From Eledone cirrhosa (lineage: Eukaryota), in the NCBI GenBank assembly GCA_964016885.1, contig OZ024754.1, positions 11,532,001 to 11,596,000 of the forward strand: DNA of 64,000 nt, in the 5' to 3' direction. The notes beneath the pieces were generated by a model, which had not been told where the DNA came from, did no database searches, and saw nothing but the letters and a program-made list of their open reading frames with translations. Every line of letters begins with the position of its first letter. Position 1 is the stretch's first letter. Shown one piece after another: positions 21,741 through 35,109 of the stretch. The translations under genes were made by a program, and so were the position numbers.

Positions 21741-24700
21741 GGAAGCAACACTACCCAACTACCCCTTCACAGAGTGGGCTGTGTACATTCTATTGTGGAA
21801 GCAACACTACCCAACTACCCCTTCACAGAGTGGGCTGTGTACATTCTATTGTGGAAGCAACACTACCCAACTACCCCTTTACGGAGTGGGCTGTGTACAT
21901 TCTATTGTAGAAGCAACACTACCCAACTACCCCTTCACAGAGTGGGCTGTGTACATTCTATTGTGGAAGTAACACTACCCAACTACCCCTTCACAGAGTG
22001 GGCTGTGTACATTCTATTGTGGAAGCAACACTACCCAACTACCCCTTTACGGAGTGGGCTGTGTACATTCTATTGTGGAAGCAACACTACCCAACTACCC
22101 CTTCACAGAGTGGGCTGTGTACATTCTATTGTGGAAGTAACACTACCCAACTACCCCTTCACAGAGTGGGCTGTGTACATTCTATTGTGGAAGCAACACT
22201 ACCCAACTACCCCTTCACAGAGTGGGCTGTGTACATTCTATTGTGGAAGCAACACTACCCAACTACCCCTTTACGGAGTGGGCTGTGTACATTCTATTGT
22301 GGAAGTAACACTACCCAACTACCCCTTTACGGAGTGGGCTGTGTACATTCTATTGTGGAAGTAACACTACCCAACTACCCCTTCACAGAGTGGGCTGTGT
22401 ACATTCTATTGTGGAAGTAACACTACCCAACTACCCCTTTACGGAGTGGGCTGTGTACATTCTATTGTGGAAGTAACACTACCCAACTACCCCTTCACAG
22501 AGTGGGCTGTGTACATTCTATTGTGGAAGCAACACTACCCAACTACCCCTTCACAGAGTGGGCTGTGTACATTCTATTGTGGAAGCAACACTACCCAACT
22601 ACCCCTTTACAGAGTGGGCTGTGTACATTCTATTGTGGAAGTAACACTACCCAACTACCCCTTTACGGAGTGGGCTGTGTACATTCTATTGTGGAAGTAA
22701 CACTACCCAACTACCCCTTTACGGAGTGGGCTGTGTACATTCTATTGTGGAAGCAACACTACCCAACTACCCCTTTACAGAGTGGGCTGTGTACATTCTA
22801 TTGTGGAAGTAACACTACCCAACTACCCCTTTACGGAGTGGGCTGTGTACATTCTATTGTGGAAGCAACACTACCCAACTACCCCTTTACGGAGTGGGCT
22901 GTGTACATTCTATTGTGGAAGCAACACTACCCAACTACCCCTTTACGGAGTGGGCTGTGTACATTCTATTGTGGAAGCAACACTACCCAACTACCCCTTT
23001 ACGGAGTGGGCTGTGTACATTCTATTGTGGAAGCAACACTACCCAACTACCCCTTTACGGAGTGGGCTGTGTACATTCTATTGTGGAAGCAACACTACCC
23101 AACTACCCCTTCACAGAGTGGGCTGTGTACATTCTATTGTGGAAGCAACACTACCCAACTACCCCTTTACGGAGTGGGCTGTGTACATTCTATTGTGGAA
23201 GCAACACTACCCAACTACCCCTTTACAGAGTGGGCTGTGTACATTCTATTGTGGAAGCAACACTACCCAACTACCCCTTTACGGAGTGGGCTGTGTACAT
23301 TCTATTGTGGAAGCAACACTACCCAACTACCCCTTTACGGAGTGGGCTGTGTACATTCTATTGTAGAAGCAACACTACCCAACTACCCCTTCACAGAGTG
23401 GGCTGTGGACATTCTATTGTGGAAGCAACACTACCCAACTACTCCTTTAAAGAGTGGGCTGTGTACATTCTATTGTGGAAGCAACACTACCCAACTACCC
23501 CTTCACAGAGTGGGCTGTGTACATTCTATTGTGGAAGCAACACTACCCAACTACCCCTTCACAGAGTGTGCTGTGTACATTCTATTGTGGAAGCAACACT
23601 ACCCAACTACCCCTTCACAGAGTGGGCTGTGTATATTCTATTGTGGAAGCAACACTACCCAACTACCCCTTTACAGAGTGGGCTGTGTATATTCTATTGT
23701 GGAAGCAACACTACCCAACTACCCCTTTACGGAGTGGGCTGTGTACATTCTATTGTGGAAGCAACACTACCCAACTACCCCTTCACAGAGTGGGCTGTGT
23801 ACATTCTATTGTGGAAGTAACACTACCCAACTACCCCTTCACAGAGTGGGCTGTGTATATTCTATTGTGGAAGTAACACTACCCAACTACCCCTTCACAG
23901 AGTGGGCTGTGTACATTCTATTGTAGAAGCAACACTACCCAACTACCCCTTCACAGAGTGGGCTGTGTATATTCTATTGTGGAAGTAACACTACCCAACT
24001 ACCCCTTCACAGAGTGGGCTGTGTACATTCTATTGTGGAAGCAACACTACCCAACTACCCCTTTACGGAGTGGGCTGTGTACATTCTATTGTGGAAGCAA
24101 CACTACCCAACTACCCCTTTACAGAGTCGGCTGTGTACATTCTATTGTGGAAGCAACACTACCCAACTACCCCTTTACGGAGTGGGCTGTGTACATTCTA
24201 TTGTGGAAGCAACACTACCCAACTACCCCTTCACAGAGTGGGCTGTGTACATTCTATTGTGGAAGCAACACTACCCAACTACCCCTTCACAGAGTGGGCT
24301 GTGTACATTCTATTGTGGAAGCAACACTACCCAACTACCCCTTTACGGAGTGGGCTGTGTACATTCTATTGTGGAAGCAACACTACCCAACTACCCCTTT
24401 ACAGAGTGGGCTGTGTACATTCTATTGTGCAAGCAACACTACCCAACTACCCCTTTACGGAGTGGGCTGTGTACATTCTATTGTGGAAGCAACACTACCC
24501 AACTACCCCTTTACGGAGTGGGCTGTGTACATTCTATTGTAGAAGCAACACTACCCAACTACCCCTTCACAGAGTGGGTTGTGTACATTCTATTGTGGAA
24601 GCAACACTACCCAACTACCCCTTTAAAGAGTGGGCTGTGTACATTCTATTGTGGAAGTAACACTACCCAACTACCCCTTCACAGAGTGGGCTGTGTACAT

Positions 24701-27700
24701 TCTATTGTGGAAGCAACACTACCCAACTACCCCTTCACAGAGTGTGCTGTGTACATTCTATTGTGGAAGCAACACTACCCAACTACCCCTTCACAGAGTG
24801 GGCTGTGTACATTCTATTGTGGAAGTAACACTACCCAACTACCCCTTCACAGAGTGGGCTGTGTACATTCTATTGTAGAAGCAACACTACCCAACTACCC
24901 CTTCACAGAGTGGGCTGTGTATATTCTATTGTGGAAGTAACACTACCCAACTACCCCTTCACAGAGTGGGCTGTGTACATTCTATTGTGGAAGCAACACT
25001 ACCCAACTACCCCTTTACGGAGTGGGCTGTGTACATTCTATTGTGGAAGCAACACTACCCAACTACCCCTTTACAGAGTGGGCTGTGTACATTCTATTGT
25101 GGAAGCAACACTACCCAACTACCCCTTTACGGAGTGGGCTGTGTACATTCTATTGTGGAAGCAACACTACCCAACTACCCCTTCACAGAGTGGGCTGTGT
25201 ACATTCTATTGTGGAAGCAACACTACCCAACTACCCCTTCACAGAGTGGGCTGTGTACATTCTATTGTGGAAGCAACACTACCCAACTACCCCTTTACGG
25301 AGTGGGCTGTGTACATTCTATTGTGGAAGCAACACTACCCAACTACCCCTTTACAGAGTGGGCTGTGTACATTCTATTGTGCAAGCAACACTACCCAACT
25401 ACCCCTTTACGGAGTGGGCTGTGTACATTCTATTGTGGAAGCAACACTACCCAACTACCCCTTTACGGAGTGGGCTGTGTACATTCTATTGTAGAAGCAA
25501 CACTACCCAACTACCCCTTCACAGAGTGGGCTGTGTACATTCTATTGTGGAAGCAACACTACCCAACTACCCCTTTAAAGAGTGGGCTGTGTACATTCTA
25601 TTGTGGAAGTAACACTACCCAACTACCCCTTCACAGAGTGGGCTGTGTACATTCTATTGTGGAAGCAACACTACCCAACTACCCCTTCACAGAGTGTGCT
25701 GTGTACATTCTATTGTGGAAGCAACACTACCCAACTACCCCTTCACAGAGTGGGCTGTGTACATTCTATTGTGGAAGTAACACTACCCAACTACCCCTTC
25801 ACAGAGTGCGCTGTGTATATTCTATTGTGGAAGTAACACTACCCAACTACCCCTTCACAGAGTGGGCTGTGTACATTCTATTGTAGAAGCAACACTACCC
25901 AACTACCCCTTCACAGAGTGGGCTGTGTATATTCTATTGTGGAAGTAACACTACCCAACTACCCCTTCACAGAGTGGGCTGTGTACATTCTATTGTGGAA
26001 GCAACACTACCCAACTACCCCTTTACGGAGTGGGCTGTGTACATTCTATTGTGGAAGCAACACTACCCAACTACCCCTTTACAGAGTGGGCTGTGTACAT
26101 TCTATTGTGGAAGCAACACTACCCAACTACCCCTTTACGGAGTGGGCTGTGTACATTCTATTGTGGAAGCAACACTACCCAACTACCCCTTCACAGAGTG
26201 GGCTGTGTACATTCTATTGTGGAAGCAACACTACCCAACTACCCCTTCACAGAGTGGGCTGTGTACATTCTATTGTAGAAGCAACACTACCCAACTACCC
26301 CTTCACAGAGTGGGCTGTGTACATTCTATTGTGGAAGTAACACTACCCAACTACCCCTTCACAGAGTGGGCTGTGTACATTCTATTGTGGAAGCAACACT
26401 ACCCAACTACCCCTTTACGGAGTGGGCTGTGTACATTCTATTGTGGAAGCAACACTACCCAACTACCCCTTCACAGAGTGGGCTGTGTACATTCTATTGT
26501 GGAAGTAACACTACCCAACTACCCCTTCACAGAGTGGGCTGTGTACATTCTATTGTGGAAGCAACACTACCCAACTACCCCTTCACAGAGTGGGCTGTGT
26601 ACATTCTATTGTAGAAGCAACACTACCCAACTACCCCTTCACAGAGTGGGCTGTGTACATTCTATTGTGGAAGCAACACTACCCAACTACCCCTTCACAG
26701 AGTGGGCTGTGTACATTCTATTGTGGAAGCAACACTACCCAACTACCCCTTCACAGAGTGGGCTGTGTACATTCTATTGTGGAAGTAACACTACCCAACT
26801 ACCCCTTCACAGAGTGGGCTGTGTACATTCTATTGTGGAAGCAACACTACCCAACTACCCCTTTACGGAGTGGGCTGTGTACATTCTATTGTGGAAGCAA
26901 CACTACCCAACTACCCCTTCACAGAGTGGGCTGTGTACATTCTATTGTGGAAGTAACACTACCCAACTACCCCTTCACAGAGTGGGCTGTGTACATTCTA
27001 TTGTGGAAGCAACACTACCCAACTACCCCTTCACAGAGTGGGCTGTGTACATTCTATTGTGGAAGTAACACTACCCAACTACCCCTTCACAGAGTGGGCT
27101 GTGTACATTGTATTGTAGAAGCAACACTACCCAACTACCCCTTCACAGAGTGGGCTGTGTACATTCTATTGTGGAAGCAACACTACCCAACTACCCCTTC
27201 ACAGAGTGGGCTGTGTACATTCTATTGTGGAAGCAACACTACCCAACTACCCCTTCACAGAGTGGGCTGTGTACATTCTATTGTGGAAGTAACACTACCC
27301 AACTACCCCTTCACAGAGTGGGCTGTGTACATTCTATTGTGGAAGCAACACTACCCAACTACCCCTTTACGGAGTGGGCTGTGTACATTCTATTGTGGAA
27401 GCAACACTACCCAACTACCCCTTCACAGAGTGGGCTGTGTACATTCTATTGTGGAAGTAACACTACCCAACTACCCCTTCACAGAGTGGGCTGTGTACAT
27501 TCTATTGTGGAAGCAACACTACCCAACTACCCCTTCACAGAGTGGGCTGTGTACATTCTATTGTAGAAGCAACACTACCCAACTACCCCTTCACAGAGTG
27601 GGCTGTGTACATTCTATTGTGGAAGCAACACTACCCAACTACCCCTTCACAGAGTGGGCTGTGTACATTCTATTGTGGAAGCAACACTACCCAACTACCC

Positions 27701-30700
27701 CTTCACAGAGTGGGCTGTGTACATTCTATTGTGGAAGCAACACTACCCAACTACCCCTTTACAGAGTGGGCTGTGTACATTCTATTGTGGAAGCAACACT
27801 ACCCAACTACCCCTTCACAGAGTGGGCTGTGTACATTCTATTGTGGAAGCAACACTACCCAACTACCCCTTTACGGAGTGGGCTGTGTACATTCTATTGT
27901 AGAAGCAACACTACCCAACTACCCCTTCACAGAGTGGGCTGTGTACATTCTATTGTGGAAGTAACACTACCCAACTACCCCTTCACAGAGTGGGCTGTGT
28001 ACATTCTATTGTGGAAGCAACACTACCCAACTACCCCTTTACGGAGTGGGCTGTGTACATTCTATTGTGGAAGCAACACTACCCAACTACCCCTTTACGG
28101 AGTGGGCTGTGTATATTCTATTGTGGAAGCAACACTACCCAACTACCCCTTCACAGAGTGGGCTGTGTACATTCTATTGTGGAAGCAACACTACCCAACT
28201 ACCCCTTCACAGAGTGGGCTGTGTACATTCTATTGTGGAAGCAACACTACCCAACTACCCCTTCACAGAGTGGGCTGTGTATATTCTATTGTGGAAGCAA
28301 CACTACCCAACTACCCCTTCACAGAGTGGGCTGTGTACATTCTATTGTGGAAGCAACACTACCCAACAACCCCTTTACGGAGTGGGCTGTGTACATTCTA
28401 TTGTAGAAGCAACACTACCGAACTACCCCTTCACAGAGTGGGCTGTGTACATTCTATTGTGGAAGTAACACTACCCAACTACCCCTTCACAGAGTGGGCT
28501 GTGTACATTCTATTGTGGAAGCAACACTACCCAACTACCCCTTTACGGAGTGGGCTGTGTATATTCTATTGTGGAAGCAACACTACCCAACTACCCCTTC
28601 ACAGAGTGGGCTGTGTACATTCTATTGTGGAAGCAACACTACCCAACTACCCCTTCACAGAGTGGGCTGTGTACATTCTATTGTGGAAGCAACACTACCC
28701 AACTACCCCTTTACGGAGTGGGCTGTGTACATTCTATTGTGGAAGCAACACTACCCAACTACCCCTTCACAGAGTGGGCTGTGTACATTCTATTGTGGAA
28801 GTAACACTACCCAACTACCCCTTCACAGAGTGGGCTGTGTACATTCTATTGTGGAAGCAACACTACCCAACTACCCCTTCACAGAGTGGGCTGTGTACAT
28901 TCTATTGTGGAAGCAACACTACCCAACTACCCCTTCACGGAGTGGGCTGTGTACATTCTATTGTGGAAGTAACACTACCCAACTACCCCTTCACGGAGTG
29001 GGCTGTGTACATTCTATTGTGGAAGCAACACTACCCAACTACCCCTTCACAGAGTGGGCTGTGTACATTCTATTGTGGAAGTAACACTACCCAACTACCC
29101 CTTCACAGAGTGGGCTGTGTACATTCTATTGTGGAAGCAACACTACCCAACTACCCCTTCACAGAGTGGGCTGTGTACATTCTATTGTGGAAGTAACACT
29201 ACCCAACTACCCCTTCACAGAGTGGGCTGTGTACATTCTATTGTGGAAGCAACACTACCCAACTACCCCTTCACAGAGTGGGCTGTGTATATTCTATTGT
29301 GGAAGCAACACTACCCAACTACCCCTTCACAGAGTGGGCTGTGTATATTCTATTGTGGAAGCAACACTACCCAACTACCCCTTTACGGAGTGGGCTGTGT
29401 ACATTCTATTGTGGAAGCAACACTACCCAACTACCCCTTCACAGAGTGGGCTGTGTACATTCTATTGTGGAAGTAACACTACCCAACTACCCCTTCACAG
29501 AGTGGGCTGTGTACATTCTATTGTGGAAGCAACACTACCCAACTACCCCTTCACAGAGTGGGCTGTGTACATTCTATTGTGGAAGTAACACTACCCAACT
29601 ACCCCTTCACAGAGTGGGCTGTGTACATTCTATTGTGGAAGCAACACTACCCAACTACCCCTTCACAGAGTGGGCTGTGTACATTCTATTGTGGAAGCAA
29701 CACTACCCAACTACCCCTTTACGGAGTGGGCTGTGTACATTCTATTGTGGAAGCAACACTACCCAACTACCCCTTCACAGAGTGGGCTGTGTACATTCTA
29801 TTGTAGAAGCAACACTACCCAACTACCCCTTTACGGAGTGGGCTGTGTACATTCTATTGTGGAAGCAACACTACCCAACTACCCCTTTACGGTGTGGGCT
29901 GTGTACATTCTATTGTGGAAGCAACACTACCCAACTACCCCTTTACGGAGTGGTCTGTGTACATTCTATTGTGGAAGCAACACTACCCAACTACCCATTC
30001 ACAGAGTGGGCTGTGTACATTCTATTGTGGAAGCAACACTACCCAACTACCCCTTCACAGAGTGGGCTGTGTACATTCTATTGTAGAAGCAACACTACCC
30101 AACTACCCCTTCACAGAGTGGGCTGTGTACATTCTATTGTAGAAGCAACACTACCCAACTACCCCTTCACAGAGTGGGCTGTGTACATTCTATTGTGGAA
30201 GCAACACTACCCAACTACCCCTTTACGGAGTGGGCTGTGTACATTCTATTGTGGAAGCAACACTACCCAACTACCCCTTCACAGAGTGGGCTGTGTACAT
30301 TCTATTGTAGAAGCAACACTACCCAACTACCCCTTCACAGAGTGGGCTGTGTACATTCTATTGTGGAAGCAACACTACCCAACTACCCCTTTACGGAGTG
30401 GGCTGTGTACATTCTATTGTGGAAGCAACACTACCCAACTACCCCTTCACAGAGTGGGCTGTGTACATTCTATTGTGGAAGCAACACTACCCAACTACCC
30501 CTTCACAGAGTGGGCTGTGTACATTCTATTGTAGAAGCAACACTACCCAACTACCCCTTCACAGAGTGGGCTGTGTACATTCTATTGTGGAAGCAACACT
30601 ACCCAACTACCCCTTCACAGAGTGGGCTGTGTACATTCTATTGTGGAAGCAACACTACCCAACTACCCCTTCACAGAGTGGGCTGTGTATATTCTATTGT

Positions 30701-33700
30701 GGAAGCAACACTACCCAACTACCCCTTCACAGAGTGGGCTGTGTACATTCTATTGTGGAAGCAACACTACCCAACTACCCCTTTACGGAGTGGGCTGTGT
30801 ACATTCTATTGTGGAAGCAACACTACCCAACTACCCCTTTACGGAGTGGGCTGTGTACATTCTATTGTGGAAGCAACACTACCCAACTACCCCTTTACGG
30901 AGTGGGCTGTGTACATTCTATTGTGGAAGCAACACTACCCAACTACCCCTTCACAGAGTGGGCTGTGTACATTCTATTGTGGAAGCAACACTACCCAACT
31001 ACCCCTTTACGGAGTGGGCTGTGTACATTCTATTGTGGAAGCAACACTACCCAACTACCCCTTCACAGAGTGGGCTGTGTACATTCTATTGTAGAAGCAA
31101 CACTACCCAACTACCCCTTTACGGAGTGGGCTGTGTACATTCTATTGTGGAAGCAACACTACCCAACTACCCCTTTACGGAGTGGGCTGTGTACATTCTA
31201 TTGTGGAAGCAACACTACCCAACTACCCCTTTACGGAGTGGGCTGTGTACATTCTATTGTGGAAGCAACACTACCCAACTACCCCTTTACGGAGTGGGCT
31301 GTGTACATTCTATTGTGGAAGCAACACTACCCAACTACCCCTTCACAGAGTGGGCTGTGTACATTCTATTGTGGAAGCAACACTACCCAACTACCCCTTC
31401 ACAGAGTGGGCTGTGTACATTCTATTGTAGAAGCAACACTACCCAACTACCCCTTCACAGAGTGGGCTGTGTACATTCTATTGTGGAAGCAACACTACCC
31501 AACTACCCCTTCACAGAGTGGGCTGTGTATATTCTATTGTGGAAGCAACACTACCCAACTACCCCTTCACAGAGTGGGCTGTGTACATTCTATTGTGGAA
31601 GCAACACTACCCAACTACCCCTTTACGGAGTGGGCTGTGTACATTCTATTGTGGAAGCAACACCACCCAACTACCCCTTTACGGAGTGGGCTGTGTACAT
31701 TCTATTGTGGAAGCAACACTACCCAACTACCCCTTTACGGAGTGGGCTGTGTACATTCTATTGTGGAAGCAACACTACCCAACTACCCCTTCACAGAGTG
31801 GGCTGTGTACATTCTATTGTGGAAGCAACACTACCCAACTACCCCTTTACGGAGTGGGCTGTGTACATTCTATTGTGGAAGCAACACTACCCAACTACCC
31901 CTTCACAGAGTGGGCTGTGTACATTCTATTGTAGAAGCAACACTACCCAACTACCCCTTTACGGAGTGGGCTGTGTACATTCTATTGTGGAAGCAACACT
32001 ACCCAACTACCCCTTTACGGAGTGGGCTGTGTACATTCTATTGTGGAAGCAACACTACCCAACTACCCCTTTACGGAGTGGGCTGTGTACATTCTATTGT
32101 GGAAGCAACACTACCCAACTACCCCTTCACAGAGTGGGCTGTGTACATTCTATTGTGGAAGCAACACTACCCAACTACCCCTTCACAGAGTGGGCTGTGT
32201 ACATTCTATTGTAGAAGCAACACTACCCAACTACCCCTTCACAGAGTGGGCTGTGTACATTCTATTGTAGAAGCAACACTACCCAACTACCCCTTCACAG
32301 AGTGGGCTGTGTACATTCTATTGTGGAAGCAACACTACCCAACTACCCCTTTACGGAGTGGGCTGTGTACATTCTATTGTGGAAGCAACACTACCCAACT
32401 ACCCCTTCACAGAGTGGGCTGTGTACATTCTATTGTAGAAGCAACACTACCCAACTACCCCTTCACAGAGTGGGCTGTGTACATTCTATTGTGGAAGCAA
32501 CACTACCCAACTACCCCTTTACGGAGTGGGCTGTGTACATTCTATTGTGGAAGCAACACTACCCAACTACCCCTTCACAGAGTGGGCTGTGTACATTCTA
32601 TTGTGGAAGCAACACTACCCAACTACCCCTTCACAGAGTGGGCTGTGTACATTCTATTGTAGAAGCAACACTACCCAACTACCCCTTCACAGAGTGGGCT
32701 GTGTACATTCTATTGTAGAAGCAACACTACCCAACTACCCCTTCACAGAGTGGGCTGTGTACATTCTATTGTGGAAGCAACACTACCCAACTACCCCTTT
32801 ACGGAGTGGGCTGTGTACATTCTATTGTGGAAGCAACACTACCCAACTACCCCTTCACAGAGTGGGCTGTGTACATTCTATTGTGGAAGCAACACTACCC
32901 AACTACCCCTTCACAGAGTGGGCTGTGTACATTCTATTGTGGAAGTAACACTACCCAACTACCCCTTTACAGAGTGGGCTGTGTACATTCTATTGTAGAA
33001 GCAACACTACCCAACTACCCCTTCACAGAGTGGGCTGTGTACATTCTATTGTGGAAGCAACACTACCCAACTACCCCTTTACGGAGTGGGCTGTGTACAT
33101 TCTATTGTGGAAGCAACACTACCCAACTACCCCTTCACAGAGTGGGCTGTGTACATTCTATTGTGGAAGCAACACTACCCAACTACCCCTTCACAGAGTG
33201 GGCTGTGTACATTCTATTGTAGAAGCAACACTACCCAACTACCCCTTCACAGAGTGGGCTGTGTACATTCTATTGTGGAAGCAACACTACCCAACTACCC
33301 CTTTACGGAGTGGGCTGTGTACATTCTATTGTGGAAGCAACACTACCCAACTACCCCTTCACAGAGTGGGCTGTGTACATTCTATTGTGGAAGCAACACT
33401 ACCCAACTACCCCTTCACAGAGTGTGCTGTGTACATTCTATTGTAGAAGCAACACTACCCAACTACCCCTTCACAGAGTGGGCTGTGTACATTCTATTGT
33501 GGAAGCAACACTACCCAACTACCCCTTCACAGAGTGGGCTGTGTACATTATATTGTGGAAGCAACACTACCCAACTACCCCTTCACAGAGTGGGCTGTGT
33601 ACATTCTATTGTGGAAGCAACACTACCCAACTACCCCTTTACAGAGTGGGCTGTGTACATTCTATTGTGGAAGCAAGACTACCCAACTACCCCTTCACAG

Positions 33701-34068
33701 AGTGGGCTGTGTACATTCTATTGTGGAAGCAACACTACCCAACTACCCCTTTAAAGAGTGGGCTGTGTACATTCTATTGTGGAAGCAACACTACCCAACT
33801 ACCCCTTCACAGAGTGGGCTGTGTACATTCTATTGTGGAAGCAACACTACCCAACTACCCCTTTAAAGAGTGGGCTGTGTACATTCTATTGTGGAAGCAA
33901 CACTACCCAACTACCCCTTCACAGAGTGGGCTGTGTACATTCTATTGTGGAAGCAACACTACCCAACTACCCCTTCACAGAGTGGGCTGTGTACATTCTA
34001 TTGTGGAAGCAACACTACCCAACTACCCCTTTAAAGAGTGTGTTGAATGCATTCTATTGTGGAAGCAG
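21741..34068. repeat. Intronic satellite, 220 x 56-bp monomers
   Basis: GGAAG(C/T)AACACTACCCAACTACCCCTT(CACA/TACG)GAGTGGGCTGTGTA(C/T)ATTCTATTGT; GGAAG at 21741 and 34061 are 12320 bp = 220 x 56 apart. Confidence 0.99.
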
Positions 34069-34304
34069 TATGACTATTTTCAACATTAAGGCACCGTTTG
34101 TGTTCTTGGTCAGAGAGGGAAAGCAGTGAGAGGAGAAAGGTGGCCTTAAGCATGACATTTCGTGGTACATTGTAGAGGGAAGCTGTCTCCGCATGAAGTA
34201 AATAAGCAATAATCACCCCATTAATAGATGTTACTAATTACAAAGGAAAGAAAAAAAAGTAAAGGATGAAAATAAATGATGAAAACTAAAACCAAAGAAC
34301 TTAC

Positions 34305-34658
34305 ATGGAAATTCTCTGTGTCCAAATACTCGTTCCATCCATAGTCATCGACAACCGTTTTTTCCGGTGGTAGTAATATTCGATAAATACAGGATCTCAG
34401 TTTTGAGAGTAAAATTTCAATTCCAGGATAAAATTTGGATATATCTTCAAAAAGAGACTTATGCCAATAAATACCTTGATGTACAGCAAACAACTTCCGA
34501 CTCATAGTTTGCATAGTAATTCTTTCATTAACTAATTCAGTTAAAGATTTTTCGTTGCTGCTGGCACCAATGTCTTGGACATCAAAATCTTCATCCAATT
34601 CGAGTTTATAGAAACTTCTAGAATGATGGACTGCTAAGGCAAGCTCACAGTCACGTTC
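34305..34658 (-). CDS. Asteroid/FAM120-like PIN protein, coding exon 3
   Basis: TTTCTCTAG|..|GTAAGT, 354 nt, phase 0 to 0: ERDCELALAVHHSRSFYKLELDEDF..LFED..LRSCIYRILL..ENFH. Confidence 0.85.
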
Positions 34659-35109
34659 CTAGAGAAATAAAAAAATTTTTTTTTTGTATACAGCAACATC
34701 AAAGGCATTTCCTACACTGAACACATAATAATGAAAGCATTTGTATGGCAAGGAGGTACCATGTGGGCTACGAAGACCTGGGAGCCTGGAACTGGATTGT
34801 ACCACTATGAGGAGAGACAGGTCAGTTAACCCTTCATACAGTGGACCCACAGTTCAAGTGACGCATGGTACTGCTATAAAATGAGACAGGCCTGTTGGCA
34901 ATGCCGAACCCTTCTCACAGTGGAATCATAGTTTATGAGGGAAGTTTGGCCAGTTGGTGGCGTCAAGCCTTACTTATGAAGTGGGCCATATTACTGGTTG
35001 GGCCTGCCATTGACTGTGTTTGCAGTGTGGGGATGGGTTGTGCCATTATGAGCCAAGACCAAGGTTGAATTGTCGACACAATTCTTTTGTCATATGTTGT
35101 AGTGCCAGA

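Noticed and set aside
21741-34068. CRISPR array or repeat-protein gene
   Set aside because: No unique spacers and no cas genes; eukaryotic intron; the ORFs are frame-cycling by-products of the repeat
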